Shown here: positions 17,366 through 25,520 of the stretch, one piece after another
Numbering within the stretch: the stretch's first letter is position 1
How the letters are laid out: each line of letters begins with the position of its first letter
Source: a virus
Virus record (IMG/VR): IMGVR_UViG_3300045988_017036
DNA length: 45,268 nt
Direction: 5' to 3' (one strand)
Notes under the pieces: model-generated
Told to the model about the DNA's origin: nothing
Databases searched by the model: none
Seen by the model: only the letters and a program-made list of their open reading frames with translations
Made by a program: the position numbers and the translations under genes

Positions 17366-18196
17366 TTGGTTAACCATACGATTAATGACACCACGACTAT
17401 TCAGGGTCAGTCTATCGCTACGGTGATTGCAGATACGGTTTATAAAGGTTCTCGTATCACGACTCTTGAATTGGTCTATCCTCGATACATTCATAGTGAG
17501 TTTATGACTCACCGAATGTTTAGCCGTAATGCTTCTTCTAGCCGTGCTATTCCTATCGAAAAGATAGTGAATGAGGTACTTACTGACCCTGTAGGTTTCG
17601 ACTATGTAGGATTCAATCAGTCTGGCATGGTGGCTGCTGAAGAACTCCCTGAAGATTTGAAAGAAGATTTTCTTGCTGAGTGGAAACTTTGGGGTATGCA
17701 GACGGCTCTTAAAGTCAAACTGTGGGCTAAGAAGTACAACATCCATAAGCAAACCTTGAATCGAGCTTTGGAACCTTGGAGTCGAATTAAGGTACTTGTA
17801 ACTGCAACTGAGTGGGACAATTTCTTTAAGCTTCGACTGGCACCGGATGCACAACCTGAGATTCAGAATTTAGCTAAGGCTATGAAGTCAGCTATGAATG
17901 CTTCTACACCGGTAGAGTCTAAGATGCACTTGCCCTATGTTGATCTGACAGATCGTGAGCCTGAGTATACTGACATGTATCACTCTGTAGCTCGTTGTGC
18001 CCGTGTGTCGTACAACAATAACGGGGGTACTACGAGTACGCTTGAAGAAGACAAGAAGCTGTTTGAACGTCTTCAAAATAATGGGCATTGGTCTCCCTTT
18101 GAGCATACTGCTGAGTTCGTAGGTGACAATGATATGCACGCTAATTTCTACAACTGGCGGTCTCTTCGAAAGGTCTATGAACTAGCCGGAGTATAA
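17366..18196 (+). CDS. thyX: flavin-dependent thymidylate synthase ThyX
   Basis: ThyX signature motif RHRxxSxNxxSxR is present (THRMFSRNASSSRAIP). TTG start with RBS GGAG. Confidence 0.85.
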   Translation: MVNHTINDTTTIQGQSIATVIADTVYKGSRITTLELVYPRYIHSEFMTHRMFSRNASSSRAIPIEKIVNEVLTDPVGFDYVGFNQSGMVAAEELPEDLKEDFLAEWKLWGMQTALKVKLWAKKYNIHKQTLNRALEPWSRIKVLVTATEWDNFFKLRLAPDAQPEIQNLAKAMKSAMNASTPVESKMHLPYVDLTDREPEYTDMYHSVARCARVSYNNNGGTTSTLEEDKKLFERLQNNGHWSPFEHTAEFVGDNDMHANFYNWRSLRKVYELAGV

Positions 18197-18204
18197 TAAC
18201 TGAT

Positions 18205-18278
18205 TGGGGTATAGCTCAATGGCAGAGCACTTGGCTTTGACCCAAGGGATGTAGGTTCAATTCCTGCTGCCCCTGCCA
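18205..18278 (+). tRNA. tRNA-Gln (anticodon UUG)
   Basis: Cloverleaf. D arm GCTC-AATGGCA-GAGC. Anticodon arm CTTGG-CTTTGAC-CCAAG. T arm GTAGG-TTCAATT-CCTGC. Unpaired 1:72 position, G73 and CCA, as in bacterial tRNA-Gln. Confidence 0.75.
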
Positions 18279-18290
18279 ACAGGAGACATT

Positions 18291-18485
18291 ATGCTACACA
18301 CTTACAGAGATGCAATTACCGGTAAAGTCTATCAGGTATACGATGATGAGCCTCCTGATCGTGATGATCCTGAAGAAGACGAGGAGGAATCAGACGAAGA
18401 CTTTGACCTTGACGATTCTGTATATCAGGCTTATGAACGAGAGCTAGAGCGTTATTACTCTTGGTTATACAGAGATAGATGGTGA
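18291..18485 (+). CDS. small highly acidic protein
   Basis: 64 aa, with a DDEPPDRDDPEEDEEESDEDFDLDD stretch. Confidence 0.5.
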   Translation: MLHTYRDAITGKVYQVYDDEPPDRDDPEEDEEESDEDFDLDDSVYQAYERELERYYSWLYRDRW

Positions 18486-18602
18486 AGAGTGTCCTAGTTA
18501 GTCCTGCTGAGTGTGTACAAACAAAGTAGGATAAAGAAGACTATATCGAAGGTCTGGACGGATATAGCGCACGAAGTTCTTCTGGGTTTTTCATTCGTGC
18601 AT

Positions 18603-18678
18603 TGTTTTCTCCTTGAAAACTTTGTTTTCTCCTTGAAAACTTTGTTTTCTCCTTGAAAACGTTGTTTTCTCCTTGACG
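18603..18678 (+). repeat. tandem direct repeats, 3.8 copies of a 20-bp unit (TTGTTTTCTCCTTGAAAACT)
   Basis: Directly visible at 18603, 18623 and 18643, with a partial copy at 18663. Followed by a strong hairpin. Confidence 0.9.
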
Positions 18679-18725
18679 TAGGGGCTATCTTAGAGTTATA
18701 CTCTAGGGTAGCCCCATTTTTTTAA
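18679..18725 (+). terminator. stem-loop plus U-tract (factor-independent terminator-like)
   Basis: GGGGCTATCTTAGAG...CTCTAGGGTAGCCCC forms a 15-bp stem (two G-U pairs), then ATTTTTTTTAAATTT. Confidence 0.55.
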
Positions 18726-18737
18726 ATTTGTAACAAT

Positions 18738-20381
18738 ATGAGAGCCAATCGTTTCATTAGTCATCTACCATGTCCTAATTGTGGTAGTCACGATGCACTA
18801 GCAGTATATTCTGATGGTCATGGTTATTGTTTTAGCTGTAATACATACTACAAAAATACAGACAAGGAGGAAATAGTGTCTGACAATACAAACACCTCAG
18901 AGTCTAAGTTTGAACTCGTAGAGATCGGAGTGTTGAACTATGAGGCTCTACCGGCTAGAAAGATCACAAAGGAAACCTGTCAGAAGTATGGTTATCTTTG
19001 TGGGGAATACAAAGGAAAACCTGTTCAGATTGCTTGCTATTATGATTCAAAGGGCAATTGTGTTGGTCAAAAGCTACGTTTTAAAGACAAAGGATTTGCT
19101 GTTAAGGGTAAGATTAGTAACATACTTTTTGGTTCTCAGCTTTGGAGCAGTGGTAAGAAGATCGTAATCACAGAAGGTGAGATTGATTGTCTTACTGTGA
19201 GTCAGCTACAGGGAAACAAATGGCCTACTGTAAGTATTCCTAATGGTGCCCAAGCAGCTAAGAAAGCTATTGAGGCTAACCTAGAGTATCTGAACAACTT
19301 CGAAGAGATCATCCTGATGTTTGACATGGATGAAGCTGGACGTAAAGCTATCGAAGAGTGTGTTGATGTGTTGCCTGTAGGTAAAGCCTATGTAGCTAAC
19401 CTACCAATGAAAGACCCTAATGAATGTCTTGTTAATGGTAAGGGTGATGCTGTCATTCAGGCAATCTGGAATGCTAAACCATACAGACCTGATGGAATTG
19501 TAGCAGGTACCGATCTTTATGAAAAGTGTGTAACTGATATAGATGACTTAAAGGATAGTGTACCGTATCCTTTTGAGGCATTGAACAACAAAACTAAAGG
19601 AGCTAGGCATGGCGAACTTTATGTCATCACGAGTGGAAGTGGTATGGGAAAATCTACTTTACTCAGGGAGCTTGAATTTTATTTTGGACAAACGGAAAAC
19701 TGCGGAATCGTTGCTCTTGAAGAAAGTAATAGAACGACTGGACTTGAACTCATGTCTCTCTATTGTAACAGAAGACTCCGACTGTACCCTGAGGCTGTCT
19801 CTGAATCGGAACGATCAGATGCTTTTAGTGCAACTATTGGGAATGGAAGGTATTTCTTGTACGACCACTTTGGCTCGCTTGATAGCAGCAATTTGTTGTC
19901 TAAGATTAGGTACCTGATTGTTGGCTTAGGTTGCAAACGAATCTTTCTGGATCACATTTCTATTGTTGTCTCTGGCATGGACAATGTGGATGATGGTGGG
20001 GAACGAAAGGCAATTGACAAACTGATGACTAACCTTCGTTCTCTGGTAGAAGAGACAGGTTGTACAATGTTTGTGGTGTCTCACCTGAAGAGACCTGAAG
20101 GTAAGGGACACGAAGAAGGAGGAAAAGTCTCTCTCAGTCAACTCAGAGGCTCTGGTGGTATTGCACAGTTAGCCGACATGGTGATTGGCTTAGAGAGAAA
20201 TCAACAAGGTAAGAATCCTAATGTTCTTACTATTCGCCTATTAAAAAATCGCTTTTCAGGCGAAACTGGTGTCTCTGGTTATATGTATTATGATTCAGAG
20301 ACTGGACGTTTAAGTGACTATAAAGGAGATATTGAAAGTGACTATGGATTCACTCAAGAGCAAGCTTCTGGAGATTTTTAA
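18738..20381 (+). CDS. DNA primase/helicase (T7 gp4-like)
   Basis: N-terminal Zn ribbon CPNCGSHDALAVYSDGHGYCFSC. TOPRIM region. Walker A GSGMGKST. Helicase motifs conserved with T7 gp4. Confidence 0.95.
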   Translation: MRANRFISHLPCPNCGSHDALAVYSDGHGYCFSCNTYYKNTDKEEIVSDNTNTSESKFELVEIGVLNYEALPARKITKETCQKYGYLCGEYKGKPVQIACYYDSKGNCVGQKLRFKDKGFAVKGKISNILFGSQLWSSGKKIVITEGEIDCLTVSQLQGNKWPTVSIPNGAQAAKKAIEANLEYLNNFEEIILMFDMDEAGRKAIEECVDVLPVGKAYVANLPMKDPNECLVNGKGDAVIQAIWNAKPYRPDGIVAGTDLYEKCVTDIDDLKDSVPYPFEALNNKTKGARHGELYVITSGSGMGKSTLLRELEFYFGQTENCGIVALEESNRTTGLELMSLYCNRRLRLYPEAVSESERSDAFSATIGNGRYFLYDHFGSLDSSNLLSKIRYLIVGLGCKRIFLDHISIVVSGMDNVDDGGERKAIDKLMTNLRSLVEETGCTMFVVSHLKRPEGKGHEEGGKVSLSQLRGSGGIAQLADMVIGLERNQQGKNPNVLTIRLLKNRFSGETGVSGYMYYDSETGRLSDYKGDIESDYGFTQEQASGDF

Positions 20382-20532
20382 GATTATCATCAACGCACCT
20401 GTATTGGGAATTCTCTGGGCTACTGACACCTGTCCTCCTGAAGAAGAGGGGAATAAGAAGTTGTTTGCCTACGTTGGTAATCTTCTGGTTCTCTGGGTGT
20501 TTATCATTGCTTGTATTGTAGGGTTGTGGTAA
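20338..20532 (+). CDS. small membrane protein (hypothetical)
   Basis: GTG or ATG start after AAAGGAG. C-terminal TM segment LLVLWVFIIACIVGLW. Overlaps the end of the helicase gene. Confidence 0.35.
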   Translation: MTMDSLKSKLLEIFKIIINAPVLGILWATDTCPPEEEGNKKLFAYVGNLLVLWVFIIACIVGLW

Positions 20533-20567
20533 CATAACATAGGCAAAACTATAGGAGGGTATAGGAA

Positions 20568-22346
20568 ATGCTGAACGACAGTGAAAAACTGATTGATTAC
20601 ACAACAAAGAAATACTTAATCACAGACATTGAGACGAATGGTTTGTTAGATACTGTCTCAAAGTTCTGGTGTGCTTGGTGCTATGACTATGAGCGTAAGT
20701 CATACATTGGATTCAAAGACATTGATCTTTATGTTGCCTATCTGGAAGATGCTGTAGATAAAGGTTATCGTCTGGTCTATCACAATGGAATTAAATATGA
20801 CATACCTGCATTAAAGAAGATCATGGGTAGAGACTTGAAGTTCAACCCAAGGGAATGTGTCGTTGATACTCTTGTCTTAGCTAGGCTCATCTACACACAG
20901 ATTAAGGACATTGATATTGGCTTGATTAAGTCCGGCAGACTCCCTAAGAAACTCTATGGCTCTCACTCATTGAAAGCTTGGGGTTATCGTCTGGGAATCT
21001 TGAAGGGAACTTACGGTGAACAAGAAGAAGCTTGGAATCAATTCTCAGAAGAGATGTACGAATACTGTAAGCAGGACGTTGCAGTTACTCTAGAACTCTT
21101 CTCTTTGTTGTTTAAGAAGCAATATCCTGTATCCTCCATTGAGCTTGAGCATAGCATTGCTTGGGTGATGGCTAAACAGGAACGCAACGGGTTTGTCTTT
21201 GACTATGATAAAGCGGTTACTCTTTATGCTACTCTTAGTGCTAAACGTAGTGAGATTGAAGATAAACTTGTGAAGACTTTTGGCTCATGGGAGAAATACA
21301 TTGGAGACAAAATCTACAAAAGAGACAACGCTAAACGAGGGATTGTTGCTGGCGTACCTTACCCACAGTATGAAACGGTGGTTTTCAACCCTAGCAGCCG
21401 TGAGCATATTGCTAAAGTCCTTATGGAAAGGGGGTGGACTCCGACAGTATTCACAGAAACAGGAAAACCTAAAGTAGACGAAGAGACTCTACAGTCTGCT
21501 ATGGATATACCGGAAACAAAGCTAATCCTTGAATACTTGTTGATACAGAAGCGTATCTCTCAGTTAGCTGAGGGTGATTTTGCTTGGCTGAAGATGGAGA
21601 AGAAAGATGGTGATGGTATCCATAGAATTCACGGTAGCGTTAATCCTAACGGGACTGTTACTGGTCGTGCATCTCATAGCTTCCCTAATGTTGCACAAGT
21701 TCCTGCGGGACATTCAGAATATGGAAAGGAATGCAGGGAGCTTTTTAGAGTACCTGAAGGATGGTACGAATGTGGCATTGACGCTTGTGGACTTGAGTTG
21801 CGTTGCCTTGCTCATTTCCTTTATCCATATGATAAGGGTGAGTACGGTGATATTATCTTAAATGGTGACATCCATACGCATAACCAACAGCTTGCTGGGT
21901 TACCTACTCGTGACATGGCGAAGACATTTTGTTATGGACTTTTGTACGGAGCTGGCAATGAGAAGATCGGTTCAATCATTGGTGGTAGTGCTGCTGAAGG
22001 TAAAGCTTTGAAAGACAAGTTTATGAAGGGACTACCGGCATACAAGAAGTTAACTAAAGCTATCCACAATGCCTTGGTAGAAGATGAGAGGTTTATAGGT
22101 GGTAAAAACATTGTTAAATGGCGTAAGAGATTCCATCGTGATAATCCTAGTCTTGATATTACTCATAGTCTCATTGGTCTTGATGGTCGCATTCTTTATT
22201 GTCGCTCTCCCCATAGCGCTCTTAATCTACTGCTTCAGTCCGCAGGTGCGCTCGTCTGTAAGCAGTGGGTGGTCTTCTGGGAAGAAGGAATGAGAGCTAG
22301 AGGTTTCGATCATCACAACGACTTTAGGTTGCAAGCTTGGGTGCAT
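20568..22346 (+). CDS. DNA polymerase (T7 gp5 family), exon 1
   Basis: Exonuclease and polymerase motifs collinear with T7 gp5 (ITDIETNGL, KQERNGF, RIHGSVNPNGTVTGRASHSFPNVAQ, LELRCLAHF, KTFCYGLLYGAG, SPHSALNLLLQSAGAL). The frame breaks after ...QAWVH. Confidence 0.9.
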
Positions 22347-22973
22347 AACCTTTCACATTGTGCACGTTAAACTAGGTTAATTCGGTGAAGCCCCACGAGG
22401 GTAATACCGAGCTAAACATGGAGGAAACTATGCGTGGTAAACCGTTAATCTTTACTACCACTAAAGACGGTTGCATAGTTTCTACCTCACACAGACTCAA
22501 TCAAGATGGGTATCTCAGAGTGAGAGACCCTAGTTATAGAGGCTCTGGTCGTGCTCCACTTGTCATGTATCATCGTTACGTTTGGGAATACTTGAAAGGT
22601 TCTATTCCTGAATGTAAGGAGATACATCATAAGTGTCACAATCGAGCCTGCTGTAACATAGATCATCTGGAATTGATTGATATTGTCGAACATAAGTGTG
22701 AACATAATCACACTAGGTATAAGAATAGAAAAGATGAAGCTTATGCCTATTGGTTAGACAATAAAGATATTTCCGGTACTGATCTAGGTGAGCTGTTCGG
22801 AGTCTCTTTTTCTACTGGTTGTAGGTGGATAAGAGAATGGAAGTGTAGAGACTAGGAATATTCCGTAGGGGCTATGGGTGAAACTCCCATAGTCTCGAAA
22901 TGCCTAGCACAGCTAATACCAATAGGCTGTGAAGATATAGTCCGACACCCGTAGTAATATGGGAAACAGTAGG
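22347..22973 (+). mobile_element. group I intron in the DNA polymerase gene (627 nt), carrying an HNH endonuclease
   Basis: The exon ends TGGGTGCAT, with a perfect 6-bp P1 to GTGCAC (22361..22366). R-like element AGAGACTAGG (~22845). S element GATATAGTCCGA (22934..22945) plus hairpin CCCGTA/TATGGG. Omega G at 22973. The spliced product reads ...AWVH|DEIQVACRTKEIA, matching T7 AWVHDEIQVGCRTEEIA. Confidence 0.8.
22418..22855 (+). CDS. intron-encoded HNH homing endonuclease
   Basis: HHKCHNRACCNIDHLEL HNH motif. ATG at 22418, within track ORF 22385..22855. Confidence 0.8.
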   Translation: MEETMRGKPLIFTTTKDGCIVSTSHRLNQDGYLRVRDPSYRGSGRAPLVMYHRYVWEYLKGSIPECKEIHHKCHNRACCNIDHLELIDIVEHKCEHNHTRYKNRKDEAYAYWLDNKDISGTDLGELFGVSFSTGCRWIREWKCRD

Positions 22974-23129
22974 GATGAAATTCAGGTTGCTTGTCGCACT
23001 AAAGAGATTGCTGATGCTTGTGTAGAGATTGCACAGGAAGCTATGAGAAAGACTCAGGAACACTTTAAGTTTAACTGTCAGTTGGATACCGAAGGAAAGA
23101 TCGGGCATAACTGGATGGAATGTCACTAA
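22974..23129 (+). CDS. DNA polymerase exon 2 (C-terminal 51 aa)
   Basis: DEIQVACRTKEIADACVEIAQEAMRKTQEHFKFNCQLDTEGKIGHNWMECH aligns with the C-terminus of T7 gp5. Not in the ORF track, presumably because the stand-alone ORF falls below the size cut-off. Confidence 0.85.
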   Translation, partial: DEIQVACRTKEIADACVEIAQEAMRKTQEHFKFNCQLDTEGKIGHNWMECH

Positions 23130-23139
23130 GGAGAAAACT

Positions 23140-23376
23140 TTGAGTACAGAACCTAGATATATTCACATTGAATTTAATCATAATAACGATGGCCGTATTG
23201 GAGCTACAGTAAAGAAACTCCTAAAGGATGGAACTAAAGAGATACTGTTATTTCCTGACCAAGATATTACTATAGAAGAAATGTACTTTGATGTCTTTAT
23301 GAACCTATTTCCTAAAATTGAATTTATGATTGATGAGGTTTACGAAGAAGAAAAGGAGGAGGACACCAATGAATAA
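23140..23376 (+). CDS. hypothetical protein
   Basis: TTG start after AAGGAGAAAAC. 78 aa. Confidence 0.45.
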   Translation: MSTEPRYIHIEFNHNNDGRIGATVKKLLKDGTKEILLFPDQDITIEEMYFDVFMNLFPKIEFMIDEVYEEEKEEDTNE

Positions 23377-23602
23377 TCTTGTAGAAATTCTTTTGTATAT
23401 CCAAGAGTTTTCTCCTAAGCTTCAGAGTGATTTCGCTAGAGAAGAAGCTAAGGTTGTAGCTGAAGCAGCATCTAGAGGGTTGATCTCTTCTCTGGACTTC
23501 TGTGGGTTTGCTACGAATCGTTGGCACTTGACATCTAAGGGTGTTAAGCTTCTTCAACTATTCCAACATGAAGGGAATACAAATGAAAAGAATCTTGATT
23601 GA
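23369..23602 (+). CDS. hypothetical protein
   Basis: ATG after AAAAGGAGGAGG. 77 aa. Confidence 0.45.
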   Translation: MNNLVEILLYIQEFSPKLQSDFAREEAKVVAEAASRGLISSLDFCGFATNRWHLTSKGVKLLQLFQHEGNTNEKNLD

Positions 23603-24395
23603 TGCTGATATTCTGTGCTACAGATCAGCTTCAGCAGTACAAAGAGATATTGATTGGGGGGATGGCCTATATACTTGTCATGCCTATTTGTCTGATGCTG
23701 AAGATCAATTATATAGTACCCTTCAAGATATTGAAGATAAACTACATGGATATGGTTATGATATAAATAAAGACTATAAGTGGATATTCTGTTTCTCTGG
23801 TAAGAATACCTTTAGAAAGAATATAAACTCTGAATATAAATCTAATAGAGTTAATCATCGTAAACCAACTTGTTATTATGCTTTGGTTGAATCTCTAAAG
23901 TCTTCTTTAACTGGTGATCGTTGTACCTGGATGGAAGAAGATAGTTTAGAGGGTGATGATCTTATAGGTATCCTTGGTACTTTAAACGACAATGATTATA
24001 GTATTATAGTCTCTATGGATAAAGACTTTAAGACTATTCCTTGTAGTTATTTAAACTTCTCTAATGGTGAACTATACGTTAATGATTGGAAGTATGTAAA
24101 TGCTTTCAATAATATTATGTATCAAACCATGAAGGGAGACGTAGTGGATGGCTATAAGGGAGCTAAAGGTTATGGAGACAAGAAAGCTATGTCTCTTATT
24201 AAGAAGTATGAAAATAAACCTTTAGAACTCTGGAATGCTGTAGTTAAAGAAGCTTTTAAGGATAATCTAGAGGAAGCTCTTATGAACTACCGTATGGCTC
24301 ACCTGTTGTGGAATGGAGAGTATGACTTTGAGAAACACACAGTCATCTTTAAGACACCTGAAGAGCTTACCAATAGTTTCTATGGTCAACATTAA
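23583..24395 (+). CDS. 5'-3' exonuclease (T7 gp6-like)
   Basis: MKRILIDADIL..., CDKDFKTIP and GDVVDGYKG motifs match T7 gene 6 exonuclease. Confidence 0.85.
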   Translation: MKRILIDADILCYRSASAVQRDIDWGDGLYTCHAYLSDAEDQLYSTLQDIEDKLHGYGYDINKDYKWIFCFSGKNTFRKNINSEYKSNRVNHRKPTCYYALVESLKSSLTGDRCTWMEEDSLEGDDLIGILGTLNDNDYSIIVSMDKDFKTIPCSYLNFSNGELYVNDWKYVNAFNNIMYQTMKGDVVDGYKGAKGYGDKKAMSLIKKYENKPLELWNAVVKEAFKDNLEEALMNYRMAHLLWNGEYDFEKHTVIFKTPEELTNSFYGQH

Positions 24396-24416
24396 TAATA
24401 AAATCTTACAATAGAG
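24394..24416 (+). promoter_or_regulatory. phage-promoter-like motif, variant copy 6a (AATAATAAAATCTTACAATAGAG)
   Basis: Variant with TTAC in place of TGACTG. Overlaps the exonuclease stop codon. Confidence 0.35.
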
Positions 24417-24428
24417 TAATGACTAAAA

Positions 24429-24450
24429 ATAATAAAATCTTACAGAAGAT
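24429..24450 (+). promoter_or_regulatory. phage-promoter-like motif, variant copy 6b (AATAATAAAATCTTACAGAAGA)
   Basis: Tandem with copy 6a, directly upstream of RBS AAAAGGAGG. Confidence 0.35.
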
Positions 24451-24469
24451 AAAAGGAGGACTTTAGGTT

Positions 24470-24721
24470 ATGACAATGTATTTTGATGAAGAAGAACCTA
24501 AGAGTATCATTGGGGCTGACTCTGAGGATTCTCTAGAGAAAACTATGGAAGAACCTAAAGTCTCTCCTAAGTTTTCTAAAAGTTTCCTAGAGTTCATGGA
24601 GAATACCTTTGATATTCGTAAGAGTATTCACTACGAAGATTCTATTGAGAAACTTAAAGGAATCCAAGAAGTGATCTCTTATATGAGATATTTATATAAT
24701 AATGATTATAAACTTAATTAA
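24470..24721 (+). CDS. hypothetical protein
   Basis: 83-aa acidic ORF. Confidence 0.5.
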   Translation: MTMYFDEEEPKSIIGADSEDSLEKTMEEPKVSPKFSKSFLEFMENTFDIRKSIHYEDSIEKLKGIQEVISYMRYLYNNDYKLN

Positions 24722-24735
24722 AGGAACCTATAGAT

Positions 24736-24972
24736 ATGGGTGGTGTAGTTAAAAGTATTGCAAAGGTATTTGGTATAGCCGAACAAGAAGCTCCAGACGT
24801 AAAGGTTGAACAAGCAGCTCCTGCTATAGATACTCCTCCAGAAGAACCTAAAGAAGTCGATGTAGGTACTCAGACTACCGCTGAACAAAGAAAGCGTAGA
24901 GGGAAGTCTGGTCTTCGTATTGACTTGTCTTCTGCCGCAGGTGGCTCTCGTGGTGGACTTAACATTACCTAA
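24736..24972 (+). CDS. small virion protein (T7 gp6.7-like, putative)
   Basis: 78 aa with an extended, low-complexity C-terminus (RKRRGKSGLRIDLSSAAGGSRGG). Position upstream of the portal gene matches gp6.7. Confidence 0.4.
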   Translation: MGGVVKSIAKVFGIAEQEAPDVKVEQAAPAIDTPPEEPKEVDVGTQTTAEQRKRRGKSGLRIDLSSAAGGSRGGLNIT

Positions 24973-24983
24973 GGAATACCTTA

Positions 24984-25505
24984 ATGCCCCATAGTGAAGA
25001 AAAGAATTCAGTATTGATTGGTCTTGTAGAAACCAATGAAGAAGTAAACTATATTGTGGACAATGGCCGTAAGTATTTTGAAGATACTAGTGCATTGTCT
25101 ATCTTTAAGATGACTGACTTTGAGTATATCAAAGAGTTCTTTAAGTCAATCATTAAGAAGGATGCAAATACTCCTTATTTTCTTTGTAAGTTTACTGATT
25201 CTAAGACCAATGAAATTGTAGGTTTTGTATTGTTCTCTATTGGTAGTCCTTGGTATAATCCTAAGCTGACTGCTATTAGTGAAGAGCTTACTGTTTCACT
25301 TAAGAAAGGCTATGGTATAGCTAGAAGTGTCGCTGCTTATATGGCCTATTTTGTAAAGGAAGGAAAAGCAGATATTGCTTCTGGTGCTAGTGCGCAGACT
25401 AATTGTGCCCCTGAAGTAGCGAATAGTTATGCTAAACTTGGCTATGATCGTTATCCTACGTACTACCTTGTGAGTGACACAATAAAAACCTTTGGTAAAG
25501 AATAA
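24984..25505 (+). CDS. hypothetical protein, possibly a GNAT-like acetyltransferase
   Basis: KKGYGIARSVAAYMAYF resembles the GNAT acetyl-CoA-binding motif A. Weak. Confidence 0.35.
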   Translation: MPHSEEKNSVLIGLVETNEEVNYIVDNGRKYFEDTSALSIFKMTDFEYIKEFFKSIIKKDANTPYFLCKFTDSKTNEIVGFVLFSIGSPWYNPKLTAISEELTVSLKKGYGIARSVAAYMAYFVKEGKADIASGASAQTNCAPEVANSYAKLGYDRYPTYYLVSDTIKTFGKE

Positions 25506-25520
25506 CAAAAAATAATAAAC

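Noticed and set aside
18603-18678. Possible CRISPR array
   Set aside because: Only about 4 directly abutting 20-bp units with no spacers between them. This is a simple tandem repeat, not a repeat-spacer array.
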